From: Clostridia bacterium
GTDB lineage: Bacteria > Bacillota > Clostridia > HGM11514
Reading direction: 5' to 3'
Length of the DNA: 64,000 nucleotides
Assembly: GCA_045586685.1 (NCBI GenBank)
Contig: JAZNAU010000039.1
Span: forward strand, 1-64,000
Below are positions 41,350 through 52,168 of the stretch, piece after piece. How positions within the stretch are numbered: position 1 is the stretch's first letter; every line of letters begins with the position of its first letter. The notes beneath the pieces are model-generated. The model saw only the letters and a list, made by a program, of their open reading frames with translations, was not told the DNA's origin and did no database searches. The translations under genes and the position numbers were made by a program.

Positions 41350-42540
41350 TTAGTCGGTTAAGTTATCAAAATAACCTTGAACCAGAACAACAGGTGTTCC
41401 CTTATCGCCGGAGCCGCTGGTCAAATCGCAGAGAGAACCGATTAAGTCCGTCAAACGGCGGGGAGTGGTGCCTTGGGAAGCCATATTCCCCACCAAATCA
41501 TCATCCTTTTTCCGAATGGCGGTTTCAATGGCTTTTTTCAGTTCTTCACCCTTTAAATCGGCAAAATCATTGTCTGCCAGATATTTCAGCTTCAGCTCGT
41601 TGGGCGTTCCCTCCAGTCCTGCAGTAAATGCGGGGGAAACAATGGGGTCCGCTAATTCCCAAATTTTACCTACGGGATCTTTAAATGCACCGTCACCGTA
41701 CACCATCACTTCCATGTGTTTTCCGGTACGGGCAAGCAACTGTGCCTGAATTTCATCTACCAAGTCAAAACAATCCTGAGGGAACAGTTTGACCGTATCT
41801 TCTGTGGATTTATTAGAACCAAGCAGACCGTATTTTTCATTAAAACCGCTGCCGTTAATAGATTCATTTAAAATTTCATCCAAACCAAAGACACGCTTTG
41901 CACCGGCAGCCTTTAAAATACGCTTGGTGCGTGCACGGGTATGAATATCACAGTTTAATACACTATCGGTATATTGTAAAATGGCACGAGGGTCATTTGC
42001 CAGAACAATTTCTGCCTCTGCACCGCAGGAACGAATCAAATCACCGTAATAGGAGACATAATCCACACCGGTAAAGGGATGAGGATTTTCGCCGAACAGC
42101 TCACGGTATTTTGCTTCGCTCAATACATCTGTATAAGGATTCACGCCGGCTTCGTCGAGTTGATCCAAAGAAACCAGGGCGTTACCCACTTCATCGCTGG
42201 GGTAATTCAGCATCAGTACAATCTTTTTTGCCCCTTTAGCAATCCCTCTGAGACAAATAGCAAAACGATTTCGGCTCAGAATAGGGAAAATGACACCCAC
42301 TGTTTCGCCACCCAGCTTTTGCTTTACATCTGTTGCAATAGCATCCACAGATGCATAATTTCCTTGTGCACGGGCAACCACGGATTCTGTAATCGCAACC
42401 ACATCACGGTCACGCAGAGCAAACTGTTCCGCTTCTGATGCTTCAATGACACTGTTTACAACAATATTTGCAATACCGTCTCCTTCACGGATAATCGGAC
42501 AACGAATTCCTCTGGAAACGGTTCCTGTTCTTCTTTCCAT
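41350..42540 (-). CDS. CofE-like (F420-0:gamma-glutamyl ligase family) protein
   Basis: PIIREGD, DVVAITESVVARAQG, C-terminal SGDKGTPVVLVQG. Confidence 0.75.
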   Translation of the reverse strand: MERRTGTVSRGIRCPIIREGDGIANIVVNSVIEASEAEQFALRDRDVVAITESVVARAQGNYASVDAIATDVKQKLGGETVGVIFPILSRNRFAICLRGIAKGAKKIVLMLNYPSDEVGNALVSLDQLDEAGVNPYTDVLSEAKYRELFGENPHPFTGVDYVSYYGDLIRSCGAEAEIVLANDPRAILQYTDSVLNCDIHTRARTKRILKAAGAKRVFGLDEILNESINGSGFNEKYGLLGSNKSTEDTVKLFPQDCFDLVDEIQAQLLARTGKHMEVMVYGDGAFKDPVGKIWELADPIVSPAFTAGLEGTPNELKLKYLADNDFADLKGEELKKAIETAIRKKDDDLVGNMASQGTTPRRLTDLIGSLCDLTSGSGDKGTPVVLVQGYFDNLTD

Positions 42541-42648
42541 AAAAAATCTCCTTCCGGTTCTTGACTTTTCTTACATCTCCTATTATAATATAATTACAGC
42601 CATTAGTAAAGCAGATAAAACTTACAACAGTGATAAGGAGTTCTTATA

Positions 42649-43530
42649 ATGAAAACAAAATTGGACTATTATCGTATTTTTTATGAAACAGCCCGTTTTT
42701 CTTCCTTTTCAACCGCCGCGCAACACCTATATATTTCCCAATCTGCCATCTCTCAATGCATCCGCCAGCTGGAACAGGATTTAAATGCTCAGCTTTTTGT
42801 ACGGTCACGGCGAGGGGTTACCTTAACAAAAGAAGGGTTGCTCTTATTTCAAAAGGTAGAAAGTGCCATGCAGGCAATCGAGCAGGGAGAAACCTTGCTG
42901 GCGCGACTTCATCAGTTGGATAGCGGCTCTCTTATGATTGCTGCGGGAGATACCATAACGAGTCATTTTTTACTTCCTTATCTGGAACAGTTTCATGAAG
43001 CGTATCCCGGGATTCATATTGAAATGGCAAATTCTTATTCCTACCATATGCTTCAATGCGTAAAAGAAGGGAAGGCGGAACTTGCTTTTGTGAATCTTCC
43101 CGTTACGGATGAGGAGCTTTGTATTCAGCCCTGTTTGGAAATTCATGATATCTTCGTGTGCGGTTCTGAGTATTCTGCAAAACCAAGCTATACTTGGGAA
43201 GAAATAGCACAAGAACCTCTTATTTTGTTAGAAAAAAACTCGACCTCCCGTCATTTTTTGGAGGAAAAATTTAAGGAAAAACATATTCCTCTCCAACCGA
43301 AAATAGAGATTGCGGCACATGAATTGCTGATTCAGTTTGCATCCATTCACCTTGGGGTGTCCTGTGTTGTGGAAGAGTTTTCAAAGGAAAGTTTACAGAA
43401 AGGGCAGATTCGGAAAATGAATTTGACACCGCCCCTTCCTTCAAGACACATTGGATGTGCGTACCTTCGTCACAATCCTCTTTCCTTGCCGGCAAAAGCA
43501 TTTTTAAATTTGATTCAAAAATGTCAGTAG
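42649..43530 (+). CDS. LysR-family transcriptional regulator
   Basis: SFSTAAQHLYISQSAISQCIRQLE...LFVRSRRGVTLT. Confidence 0.93.
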   Translation: MKTKLDYYRIFYETARFSSFSTAAQHLYISQSAISQCIRQLEQDLNAQLFVRSRRGVTLTKEGLLLFQKVESAMQAIEQGETLLARLHQLDSGSLMIAAGDTITSHFLLPYLEQFHEAYPGIHIEMANSYSYHMLQCVKEGKAELAFVNLPVTDEELCIQPCLEIHDIFVCGSEYSAKPSYTWEEIAQEPLILLEKNSTSRHFLEEKFKEKHIPLQPKIEIAAHELLIQFASIHLGVSCVVEEFSKESLQKGQIRKMNLTPPLPSRHIGCAYLRHNPLSLPAKAFLNLIQKCQ

Positions 43531-43555
43531 CAATTTTTTGCTACTGACATTTTGA

Positions 43556-44980
43556 TTATAGGTTATAGTATTTATCAAATTCTGCAGGATGAGGAATGGC
43601 GGCAAGAGCTTTACATTCTTCCCTTTTTGCACGGATAATGCTTTCTAACAGTGATTGAGGGAATACTCCGCCGGCTGTCAAATAATCGTGGTCTTTTTCC
43701 AATGCATTCAGCGCTTCATCAAGAGAAGTAGGCAGGTGCTTTAATTTCGCTTTTTCCTCATCGCTTAAATGATACAAGTTCATATCATAAGGGCCCCAAC
43801 CATTTTTATGGGGGTCAATTTTATTTTTGATTCCGTCAAGACCAGCCATCAAAATTGCTGCATAGCAGAAATACGGATTACAGGTGGCATCAGGATTACG
43901 AAGTTCAAAACGACGTAAAGCTGGCTCTTTTGCATAGGCAGGAATACGGATTACCGCGCTGCGGTTGGATGTTGCATACCCAACCGTTACAGGTGCTTCA
44001 AAACCGGGAACCAATCGCTTAAAGGAGTTTGTACTGGGGTTTGTAAGAGCACAAAGGGATGCAATATGTTTTAACAAACCACCGATAAAGTAGTGTGCTT
44101 CCTTGCTTAAGTTGGAATAGCCGTTATCATCAGAAAAAACAGGCTGTCCATCTTTTAAAAGAAGCATATGGACATGCATACCGTTACCCGCTTCACCCAT
44201 GACAGGCTTTGGCATAAAGGTTGCAGACATTCCGTATTTTCTTGCTGTGTTATGAATGATATATTTAATCATCATGGTTGCATCTGCCATTTTTGACATT
44301 TCCCCAAGCTCGGGTTCAATTTCAAACTGACCGCCAGCACCAACTTCGGGATGATGATAATTCAGTTTAATTCCCGCTTGTTCCATCAGCATGCACATCT
44401 CGCTTCTTGCTTCATAGGAAACGTCAAAGGGTTTTGCAATATGGTAATTTTTCTGCTTGGCAACAATATTTCCAGATCCTTCCATATTGCTGTTCCAGTG
44501 AGCCTGAACGGCATCGAGAGTCATTCCGATAGAATTGGGATTAACTTCCCAGCCAACCTGATCAAACAGATAAAATTCAAATTCCGGCAGAATCAACATC
44601 GTATCAGCAATTCCCGAATCTTTCATGTATTGTTCTGCTGCAAGCACAATATTACGGGGATACTGTGCAAGAGGTCGGTTTTGAGGGTTATCAATAATCA
44701 TTGCATTCCCTGTCATAGAAAGAGTAGGAATCTGGCAGAAGGGGTCAATCACAGCGGTATCCGGATCGGGAATAAATACCATATCGCTTTTTTCTACCAC
44801 TGCATAACCGTAGTTTGATGCATCAAAGCCAATTCCGTTTTTCATGGTTTTTTCAGAGAAATTGTTTGCCGGAATGGTAACATGACGATACTGACCGTTA
44901 ATATCCACCATTTTGAAATCAACCATTTTAATATCATGTTCCTTTATGATATCTAAAATGTCTTGCACTGTTTTTTTCAC
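43556..44980 (-). CDS. glnA: Glutamine synthetase type I
   Basis: FDAS, PEFEFY, HHPEV, FMPKP, GNGMHVH, KRLVPGFEAP, NRSAVIRIP. Confidence 0.93.
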   Translation of the reverse strand: MKKTVQDILDIIKEHDIKMVDFKMVDINGQYRHVTIPANNFSEKTMKNGIGFDASNYGYAVVEKSDMVFIPDPDTAVIDPFCQIPTLSMTGNAMIIDNPQNRPLAQYPRNIVLAAEQYMKDSGIADTMLILPEFEFYLFDQVGWEVNPNSIGMTLDAVQAHWNSNMEGSGNIVAKQKNYHIAKPFDVSYEARSEMCMLMEQAGIKLNYHHPEVGAGGQFEIEPELGEMSKMADATMMIKYIIHNTARKYGMSATFMPKPVMGEAGNGMHVHMLLLKDGQPVFSDDNGYSNLSKEAHYFIGGLLKHIASLCALTNPSTNSFKRLVPGFEAPVTVGYATSNRSAVIRIPAYAKEPALRRFELRNPDATCNPYFCYAAILMAGLDGIKNKIDPHKNGWGPYDMNLYHLSDEEKAKLKHLPTSLDEALNALEKDHDYLTAGGVFPQSLLESIIRAKREECKALAAIPHPAEFDKYYNL

Positions 44981-45144
44981 GAAAAATCACTCCTTATATT
45001 TTAAAATACTATGTTCTTATTATATAAAAATTATAATAAATTGTCAACAGGTTTCCGTTTTCTTATAAAAGATATGGGTTTTTAAATTTTCGTATTTTTA
45101 TGTAACAGGGACGAGTACTATAACCCGTCCCTGCTTTTTTCATT

Positions 45145-46776
45145 CTATTTTAACTGACTTTCCACTAAGCTTTCCCCGCAATAAATTTCACGAAGTTTAG
45201 GCTTCTCAATTTTTCCGGTGGGATTTCTGGGCACCTGAGCAAAAATAACCTTATGAGGCCGTTTATAACGGGGCATTCCTTTGCAAAATTCCTGAATCTC
45301 TTCCTCAGAACAGGTTTCCCCTTCCTTGATCTCAATAATTGCCGTTGCAATTTCTCCAAGTCTAGCATCAGGAAGACCGATGACAGCAACATCCTTTACA
45401 GCATTGTGAGCACGGAGGAAATCCTCAATTTGGACCGGATAGAGGTTTTCTCCACCACTGATAATCACATCCTTTTTCCGGTCAACCAGATAGATAAAGC
45501 CATCTTCATCCTCTTTTGCCATATCGCCGGTAAACAACCAACCGTCATGAAGCACTTCCGCTGTGGCTTTAGGGTCATTATAATAGCATTTCATCACTCC
45601 CGGACCGTACACTGCCAGCTCCCCGACCTCACCTTTTGGAACAACATCACCCTTTTCATCAACAATCTTTACCTGCCAGCCGTAGCCCGCAATGCCGATT
45701 GCACCGACCTTATGAATATTTTCCACGCCAAGATGAACACATCCCGGTCCGATGGATTCGCTCAAGCCGTAGTTGGTGTCGTAATCATGGTGGGGGAATA
45801 TAGCTTTCCAACGTTTAATCAAACTGGGAGGAACAGGTTGTGCTCCGATATGCATCAATCTCCAGGAAGACAAATCATAGTTTGACAAATCAATTTCTCC
45901 CCGATCAATGGCATCCAAAATATCTTGTGCCCACGGCACCAAAAGCCATACAATACTGCACTTTTCGCTGGCTGCCGTTTCAATCACGGCAGAGGGACGA
46001 ACCCCTTTTAACAGTACAGCTCGGCTTCCTGAAATCAAGCTTCCGAACCAGTGCATCTTTGCCCCGGTGTGATAAAGCGGCGGAATACACAAAAAGACAT
46101 CATCATGAGTTTGTCCGTGGTGGTTTTGTTCCACCTGACAGGACTGAACCAGACTGGTATGGTCATGCAAAATTGCTTTGGGAAATCCTGTCGTACCGGA
46201 AGAAAAATAAATGGCTGCATCATCTGAATCAGTAAGCGTAATTTCCGGTTTTGCACTGGAGAAATTAGCTGCCAGATGCAGATAATTTTCCGCAAAACTG
46301 GGACAGTTGTCTCCTATATAGAACAATAGTTTTACCTGTGGAATCTTGTCACAAATTTCTTCCATACGGCCGATAAATTCAGAGCCAAACAACAGTGCAT
46401 TTACTTCTGCCAGCTCCAAACAATATTTAATCTCATCAGAGGTATAACGGTAATTAAGGGGCACCGCTAATGCACCTGTTTTCAAAATTCCGAAATAAAC
46501 AGGAAGCCATTCCAAACAGTTCATCAGCAAAATGGCAACCTTATCACCCTTTTTGATTCCCCGACTTAGCAACAGGTTTGCACAGCGGTTTGCTTTTTCT
46601 TCAAACACACTCCAGGTAATCTCACGGCGGTACGCCTCTCCCTGATTCGATTCAATCAGTTCGTACTCCTTCCAGGTGACACGGCGAACCTCTTTCACCT
46701 CCGGGTTGATTTCCACCAGAGCAGTTTCTTCTCCATACAAATTGGCGTTTCTTTCCAAAAATTCTGTTATCGGCAT
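45145..46776 (-). CDS. AMP-forming acyl-CoA synthetase
   Basis: YFSSGTTGFPK, YGLSE, FTGD, RNPTGKI. Confidence 0.9.
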   Translation of the reverse strand: MPITEFLERNANLYGEETALVEINPEVKEVRRVTWKEYELIESNQGEAYRREITWSVFEEKANRCANLLLSRGIKKGDKVAILLMNCLEWLPVYFGILKTGALAVPLNYRYTSDEIKYCLELAEVNALLFGSEFIGRMEEICDKIPQVKLLFYIGDNCPSFAENYLHLAANFSSAKPEITLTDSDDAAIYFSSGTTGFPKAILHDHTSLVQSCQVEQNHHGQTHDDVFLCIPPLYHTGAKMHWFGSLISGSRAVLLKGVRPSAVIETAASEKCSIVWLLVPWAQDILDAIDRGEIDLSNYDLSSWRLMHIGAQPVPPSLIKRWKAIFPHHDYDTNYGLSESIGPGCVHLGVENIHKVGAIGIAGYGWQVKIVDEKGDVVPKGEVGELAVYGPGVMKCYYNDPKATAEVLHDGWLFTGDMAKEDEDGFIYLVDRKKDVIISGGENLYPVQIEDFLRAHNAVKDVAVIGLPDARLGEIATAIIEIKEGETCSEEEIQEFCKGMPRYKRPHKVIFAQVPRNPTGKIEKPKLREIYCGESLVESQLK

Positions 46777-46794
46777 AGTATAATTTCCCCTTCT

Positions 46795-47715
46795 TTATAG
46801 TTGATAGACTAATATAATCAATGGAATGGTAATAATCGATAGTAATGTAGAAACAGATACAATTTCAGACGAATAATCTGCATCCAGATGATATTTGTGT
46901 GCAAACAACGTGGAAACTGCCGCACTGGGACAAGCAGTGGAAATCATCACAGCCCGTGCCACAGTTTCCTCTAATTGCAGTGCTTTTGCAATCCCTATGG
47001 AAATCAAAGGAATGATAATCAACCGCATTAAACATACAAAATACATCCCCCTGTTTTTAACCACCTTTTTTAAATCAAGATTAGCCAGAAAAGAGCCCAG
47101 CACAATCATAGAAAGAGGAGTATTCAAATTTGCCAGATGTTTGATAGGGTCCAAAACAATGGCCGGCAATCTAATCTGCGCAAAAAAGAGCACCAAACTG
47201 ACAATCGTTCCCACAACACCGGGATTCAAAATCGCTTTTTTCAAAGAAATTTCATTTTTGTCCCCACCGGCATAGACATAAACTCCGTGAGTCCAATAAA
47301 GAACGGAAAATACTGCCAAGTAGGCAGAGCCGTAAAACACTCCTTCAGAACCCAGCGCTGCAGAAATGAGCGGAATCGCCATAAAACCACAGTTTGAATA
47401 AATGGAACAAAAAATATTGCTTCGGTACCGATTGGAGGGTTCTTTACGGAACAGCAAATGAGAAAGCAAAATGGCTACTCCGTGAGTTAGCAAAGTAAAC
47501 AACATAGCCACCAGCAAACCCCGTACCAACTCTGCTTCAAACTCTTTTTGATAAGCATTCACAAGCACACAGGGTGTTACCACCTTTAAAAGAACACTTG
47601 TAATTTGGTCAATCCCTTCTTGGGTAACCAACTTTTTCCTTTTCGCTCCAACGCCCACCAGAATCAGCAGAAAAATGACCGCCACCCGTTGAGCTACAAT
47701 CCATGCAAGCTCCAT
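46795..47715 (-). CDS. AEC (auxin efflux carrier) family transporter
   Basis: SNCGFMAIP, PLSMIVLG, STLLSIITIP. Confidence 0.88.
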   Translation of the reverse strand: MELAWIVAQRVAVIFLLILVGVGAKRKKLVTQEGIDQITSVLLKVVTPCVLVNAYQKEFEAELVRGLLVAMLFTLLTHGVAILLSHLLFRKEPSNRYRSNIFCSIYSNCGFMAIPLISAALGSEGVFYGSAYLAVFSVLYWTHGVYVYAGGDKNEISLKKAILNPGVVGTIVSLVLFFAQIRLPAIVLDPIKHLANLNTPLSMIVLGSFLANLDLKKVVKNRGMYFVCLMRLIIIPLISIGIAKALQLEETVARAVMISTACPSAAVSTLFAHKYHLDADYSSEIVSVSTLLSIITIPLIILVYQL

Positions 47716-47837
47716 TCAAACCGTCTCCTAAATCATTACATACAAAGCCATTATACCACTTTTTTTTATTTATTGCAAGAGAAAAGAACTTCTTTTTCAA
47801 AAATCCCGTTGGTTTTTTTAAATTTACGGAAAAGCTC

Positions 47838-47896
47838 TTGACAAATATGAAAAAAGTGGTACAATTAAATTAGCACTCGAAATAAGAGAGTGCTAA
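47838..47896 (+). promoter_or_regulatory. Sigma-A promoter plus CIRCE (HrcA operator, 47870-47896)
   Basis: TTGACA-N16-TACAAT; perfect TTAGCACTC-N9-GAGTGCTAA. Confidence 0.95.
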
Positions 47897-47923
47897 ACAT
47901 AAGAAAGAAGGATTGATTGTAAC

Positions 47924-49780
47924 ATGGCAAAAAGAATGTTTAAATCGGAATCGAAACGGTTGTTAGATTTGATGATTAACTCTATCTATACCCACAAGGA
48001 AATATTCTTGCGTGAGCTGATTTCCAATGCCAATGACGCCTTGGATAAATTGTATTATCTGTCTTTGACGGATGAAAATATTACATTCGACAGAGAAAAT
48101 TTCTCTATCCGCATTACACCGAATAAAGACGCCCGCACTCTGACCATCACCGACACAGGAATCGGGATGGACGAGGAGGAGCTGGACAAAAACTTGGGCG
48201 TCATCGCAAAAAGCGGTTCCTTTGCTTTCAAGCAAGAGCATGAAAAAGCGGAAGACGTGGATATTATCGGTCAGTTTGGGGTTGGTTTTTATTCCGCTTT
48301 TATGGTAGCGGACAAGGTTGTGGTCACCTCCAAGAAATTTGGCAGTGAGGAAGCCTTTCAATGGAGTTCCTCCGGTGCAGACGGTTATGAAATTAAACCC
48401 TCTCAAAAACAGACTGCAGGAACGGAAATTGTGCTGTATTTGAAAGCCGATACAGAAGACGAAAAATACAGCGAATTTTTGGATGAATATAAGTTAAGAA
48501 GCTTGGTAAAAAAATATTCCGATTATATTAAATACCCCATTAAGATGATGACCTCCCGTCAGAAACTCAAAGAGGGTACGGAAAACGAATATGAAACCTA
48601 TCAAGAGGATGATACCTTAAATTCCATGGTTCCTCTGTGGCGGAAAAACAAATCGGAAGTAACAGAGGAAGAATATAACAATTTTTACAAAGAGAAATTC
48701 TTTGATTTTGAAGACCCTGTTAAGGTGATTCATACCAGTGTTGACGGTGCGGTGAGCTACAAAGCCTTGCTGTTTTTTCCTGCCCGTCCCGCTTTTGATT
48801 ACTACACCAAGGACTACAAAAAAGGCTTGCAATTATACACTAACGGCGTTCTGATTATGGATAAATGCGAAGATTTGCTTCCCGATTATTTTGGTTTTGT
48901 CAAGGGGCTGGTGGATTCTGCAGATTTATCCTTGAACATTTCCCGTGAAATGCTCCAGCACGACCGCCAGTTAAAAGCAATCGCATCCAGAATTAAAAAG
49001 AAAATTAAAAGCGAACTGGAAAGCATGATGAAAACAGACCGGAAAGGCTATGAACGCTTTTATGAAAACTTTAAGCGTCCTTTAAAGTTTGGTTTATATG
49101 ATAATTACGGTGCAGATAAGGATTTTCTGGTGGATTTGATTCTTTTCGATTCTTCTACCGAGGAAAGACCCGTATCCTTGCAGGAATATGTAGACAGAAT
49201 GAAAGAAACTCAGAAATACATTTATTATGCTTGTGGAGAAACCAAAGAAAAGATTGCAAAGCTTCCTCAGGTGGAAGCTGTTTTGGAAGAAGGCTATGAA
49301 ATTTTATACTTTACCGAGGATGTGGACGAATTTGCCATTAAAATTTTAGGGAAATTCGGGGACAAGGAATTTAAATCTGTGTCTGACAGTGCCTCTGAAC
49401 AAACGGAAGAAACCAGAGAGGAAGACAAAGACTTGTTTGCTTTTATGAAAGAAGCTTTAGGCGATCAGGTGGCAGAGGTAAAGGGAACCAGCAGACTAAA
49501 ATCCCATCCCGTCTGCCTGTCCAGCACAGGGGAAATTTCCTTGGAAATGGAAAAAGTGCTTAATGCAATGCCCAACGACCAGAAGGTAAAGGCACAAAGA
49601 GTATTGGAGATTAACATCAATCATCCCATGTTTTCTGCTTTACAAGCCATGCTTGGAGAAGATAAAGACAAATTGAAAAAATACACCAATGTACTATATA
49701 ATTGTGCATTGCTCATAGAAGGAATGCCCCTTGATGATCCTGTGGCATTTTCAAATGATACCTGTGACTTGATTTGTTAA
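47924..49780 (+). CDS. htpG: Chaperone HtpG (Hsp90)
   Basis: [33 protein letters not shown]. Confidence 0.97.
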   Translation: MAKRMFKSESKRLLDLMINSIYTHKEIFLRELISNANDALDKLYYLSLTDENITFDRENFSIRITPNKDARTLTITDTGIGMDEEELDKNLGVIAKSGSFAFKQEHEKAEDVDIIGQFGVGFYSAFMVADKVVVTSKKFGSEEAFQWSSSGADGYEIKPSQKQTAGTEIVLYLKADTEDEKYSEFLDEYKLRSLVKKYSDYIKYPIKMMTSRQKLKEGTENEYETYQEDDTLNSMVPLWRKNKSEVTEEEYNNFYKEKFFDFEDPVKVIHTSVDGAVSYKALLFFPARPAFDYYTKDYKKGLQLYTNGVLIMDKCEDLLPDYFGFVKGLVDSADLSLNISREMLQHDRQLKAIASRIKKKIKSELESMMKTDRKGYERFYENFKRPLKFGLYDNYGADKDFLVDLILFDSSTEERPVSLQEYVDRMKETQKYIYYACGETKEKIAKLPQVEAVLEEGYEILYFTEDVDEFAIKILGKFGDKEFKSVSDSASEQTEETREEDKDLFAFMKEALGDQVAEVKGTSRLKSHPVCLSSTGEISLEMEKVLNAMPNDQKVKAQRVLEININHPMFSALQAMLGEDKDKLKKYTNVLYNCALLIEGMPLDDPVAFSNDTCDLIC

Positions 49781-49788
49781 TAAGAACA

Positions 49789-49821
49789 TGCACCCCAAAA
49801 GAGAATTTCTTTTGGGGTGCA
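49789..49821. terminator. Hairpin between convergent htpG and ftsK
   Basis: TGCACCCCAAAAGA/TCTTTTGGGGTGCA. Confidence 0.75.
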
Positions 49822-49831
49822 GTTTTCTTTC

Positions 49832-52168
49832 TTATTCATTTTCTTCTATAAAGGTTTGCTCAGGCTGACCGTTTCTTGCTATCATTTCCAAATATTGCTG
49901 TCGATTCATCAGCACTGCTCTGGGTTTGCTTCCCTCAAAGGGACCTACCACGCCTTGTTCTTCTAACTGGTCAACCAATCTTGCGGCTCGGGCATAGCCC
50001 ACTCGCATTTTTCGTTGCAGCATGGAGGTAGACGCCTGTTGCATTTCCACCACAATTTCAATGGCTTTAGGAAGCAAGGGATCCCAAAGGTCATCCTCTT
50101 CGTCATCCCCTTCTTCTCCCTGTTTTCCTTTTGTTTCGGGGGCACGTTTGATAAACTCCATGGCTTCTTCGTTATATTCAGCCTGGCCGGAATTATCCTT
50201 GACAAAGGTAACCACCGATTCTACTTCCTTATCGCTGACAAACGCACCTTGCACACGGATCGGCTTGCTGACACCGATGGGATAATAAAGCATATCCCCT
50301 CTTCCTAAGAGTTTTTCCGCACCGGCAGAATCCAAAATGGTGCGGGAATCAATTTGAGAAGACACGGTAAAGGCTATTCGGGAAGGAATGTTTGCCTTGA
50401 TAATACCCGTAATAACATCCACGGAAGGCCGTTGGGTTGCTATTACCAGATGCATTCCCGCCGCTCTTGCCATTTGAGCCAAACGGCAAATGGCATCTTC
50501 CACCTCGTTGGGTGCTACCATCATTAAATCTGCCAACTCGTCAATAATAATCACAATCTGCTCCATGGGACGTAACGTTTCGTCTTCCAAGGCCAATTCA
50601 TTATACCCATGAATATCACGAACAGAATTGTCTGCAAACATTTTGTACCGTCTGGTCATTTCGCTGACTGCCCAATTCAGTGCATTTGCCGCCTTTTTCG
50701 GCTCCGTCACCACCGGGGAAACCAAATGAGGAATCCCGTTATAAATGCCTAACTCTACCACCTTGGGGTCCACCATAAGCAGTTTTACTTCATTAGGATT
50801 TGCCTTGTAGAGAAGACTGGTAATAATCGTATTTATACATACACTCTTACCAGAGCCCGTAGCACCTGCAATCAACAGATGAGGCATTTTCCCAATATCT
50901 GCAATAATGGTTTTCCCAGTAATATCCTTTCCCAATGCAAATGCAATTTTGGAATCGCTTGCGGCAAATTCCGAGCTTTCCAAACAGGTTCTCATCATTA
51001 CGGACGAACGGGTTTTGTTGGGTACTTCAATCCCCACCGCACTTTTGCCCGGCACAGGAGCAATACGAATACCGGAAACTCCCAGTTGCAATGCCAAATC
51101 GTCTGCCAAACCCGTAATTTTACTAAGTTTTGTTCCCATGACCGCCTCAATTTCATAACGGGTGACACTGGGGCCGGACTGAACATTGATCACCTTTGCA
51201 GTAACACCAAAGCTTTTAAAGGTTTCTATCAATTTTCCTGCTGTTTCCTTTAATTCCCGCACAAACTTTTCACTGTGACGGTCATCCTCCCCCTCTTTTA
51301 ACAGGGTAACGGGAGGAATAATATAATCAATTTGCTCTTCCCCAAATTCAGCATTAAACTCATGATTTTCGTCATCCTCATTAGTTTCTTCGGTTTCAAG
51401 CAAAGCGATCTGTCTTTCTGTTTTCGGCGTATCCTCGGGCAAATGGAAAATGGGAATATCCGGATCAAAGGGTTGTTCCTCCAAAGTTTCCAAAATAGAG
51501 GGTTTAGGCTCTTTGGGTTCTATCTTTTTTTTCGGTCTTACAGCAGGGTCTTTTTCTTCTTGTGGAATCATATCTTTCGCCCATGAAATCATTGCCTTAA
51601 CAACCGAAATCAAGGATTTCTCAAATAAAACAAGCAATGAGGCAATCAGACCTGCAATAATCACCACAACCGTTCCGAAATTACCAATCAGACTGCTGAT
51701 AGCAAAGTAGAGAATCCCGCCAATGACTCCGCCACCTTCCATTTCCATCCCAAGCGTCCAAAACTGTATCAGGTCAAACCCCAATTCCCAGACAGCATGG
51801 TCAAGCAGTTCAAACAACACAGAAAATAGCAGAAAAGCTCCTGTAAGAGCATAATATTTCCAAATTTTTTGGTTTTTTCGATGAAAAAACATCAACGCCG
51901 CCAGACTTACAAAAAACACCGGAAACAGGTAAGTATTCCGTCCGAGTAAGCCGCCGCAAAGATTACGGAACCAATGCCCTACAAGGCCTGCACCGTCTGT
52001 ATAAATAGCGGCAGCAGATAAAATTGCCAAAACGGAACAGGCAATCAGCTTAATTTCTGCATGATAAATAAATTGTTCCTGTTTAGCGGGCGCCGTTTCC
52101 TTAGAAGCCTTTGACCGCTTTTTCGTTTTATCTTTGCTGATTACTTTCACTTTCTTTTTCTGTGCCAA
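49832..52168 (-). CDS. ftsK: DNA translocase FtsK/SpoIIIE
   Basis: N-terminal TMs, GATGSGKS, IDELADLM, ATQRPSVDV, gamma domain GYARAARLVD. Confidence 0.96.
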   Translation of the reverse strand: MAQKKKVKVISKDKTKKRSKASKETAPAKQEQFIYHAEIKLIACSVLAILSAAAIYTDGAGLVGHWFRNLCGGLLGRNTYLFPVFFVSLAALMFFHRKNQKIWKYYALTGAFLLFSVLFELLDHAVWELGFDLIQFWTLGMEMEGGGVIGGILYFAISSLIGNFGTVVVIIAGLIASLLVLFEKSLISVVKAMISWAKDMIPQEEKDPAVRPKKKIEPKEPKPSILETLEEQPFDPDIPIFHLPEDTPKTERQIALLETEETNEDDENHEFNAEFGEEQIDYIIPPVTLLKEGEDDRHSEKFVRELKETAGKLIETFKSFGVTAKVINVQSGPSVTRYEIEAVMGTKLSKITGLADDLALQLGVSGIRIAPVPGKSAVGIEVPNKTRSSVMMRTCLESSEFAASDSKIAFALGKDITGKTIIADIGKMPHLLIAGATGSGKSVCINTIITSLLYKANPNEVKLLMVDPKVVELGIYNGIPHLVSPVVTEPKKAANALNWAVSEMTRRYKMFADNSVRDIHGYNELALEDETLRPMEQIVIIIDELADLMMVAPNEVEDAICRLAQMARAAGMHLVIATQRPSVDVITGIIKANIPSRIAFTVSSQIDSRTILDSAGAEKLLGRGDMLYYPIGVSKPIRVQGAFVSDKEVESVVTFVKDNSGQAEYNEEAMEFIKRAPETKGKQGEEGDDEEDDLWDPLLPKAIEIVVEMQQASTSMLQRKMRVGYARAARLVDQLEEQGVVGPFEGSKPRAVLMNRQQYLEMIARNGQPEQTFIEENE

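Noticed and set aside
47870-47896. CIRCE at htpG as a novelty
   Set aside because: HrcA control of htpG is already known in clostridia; listed as a feature only.
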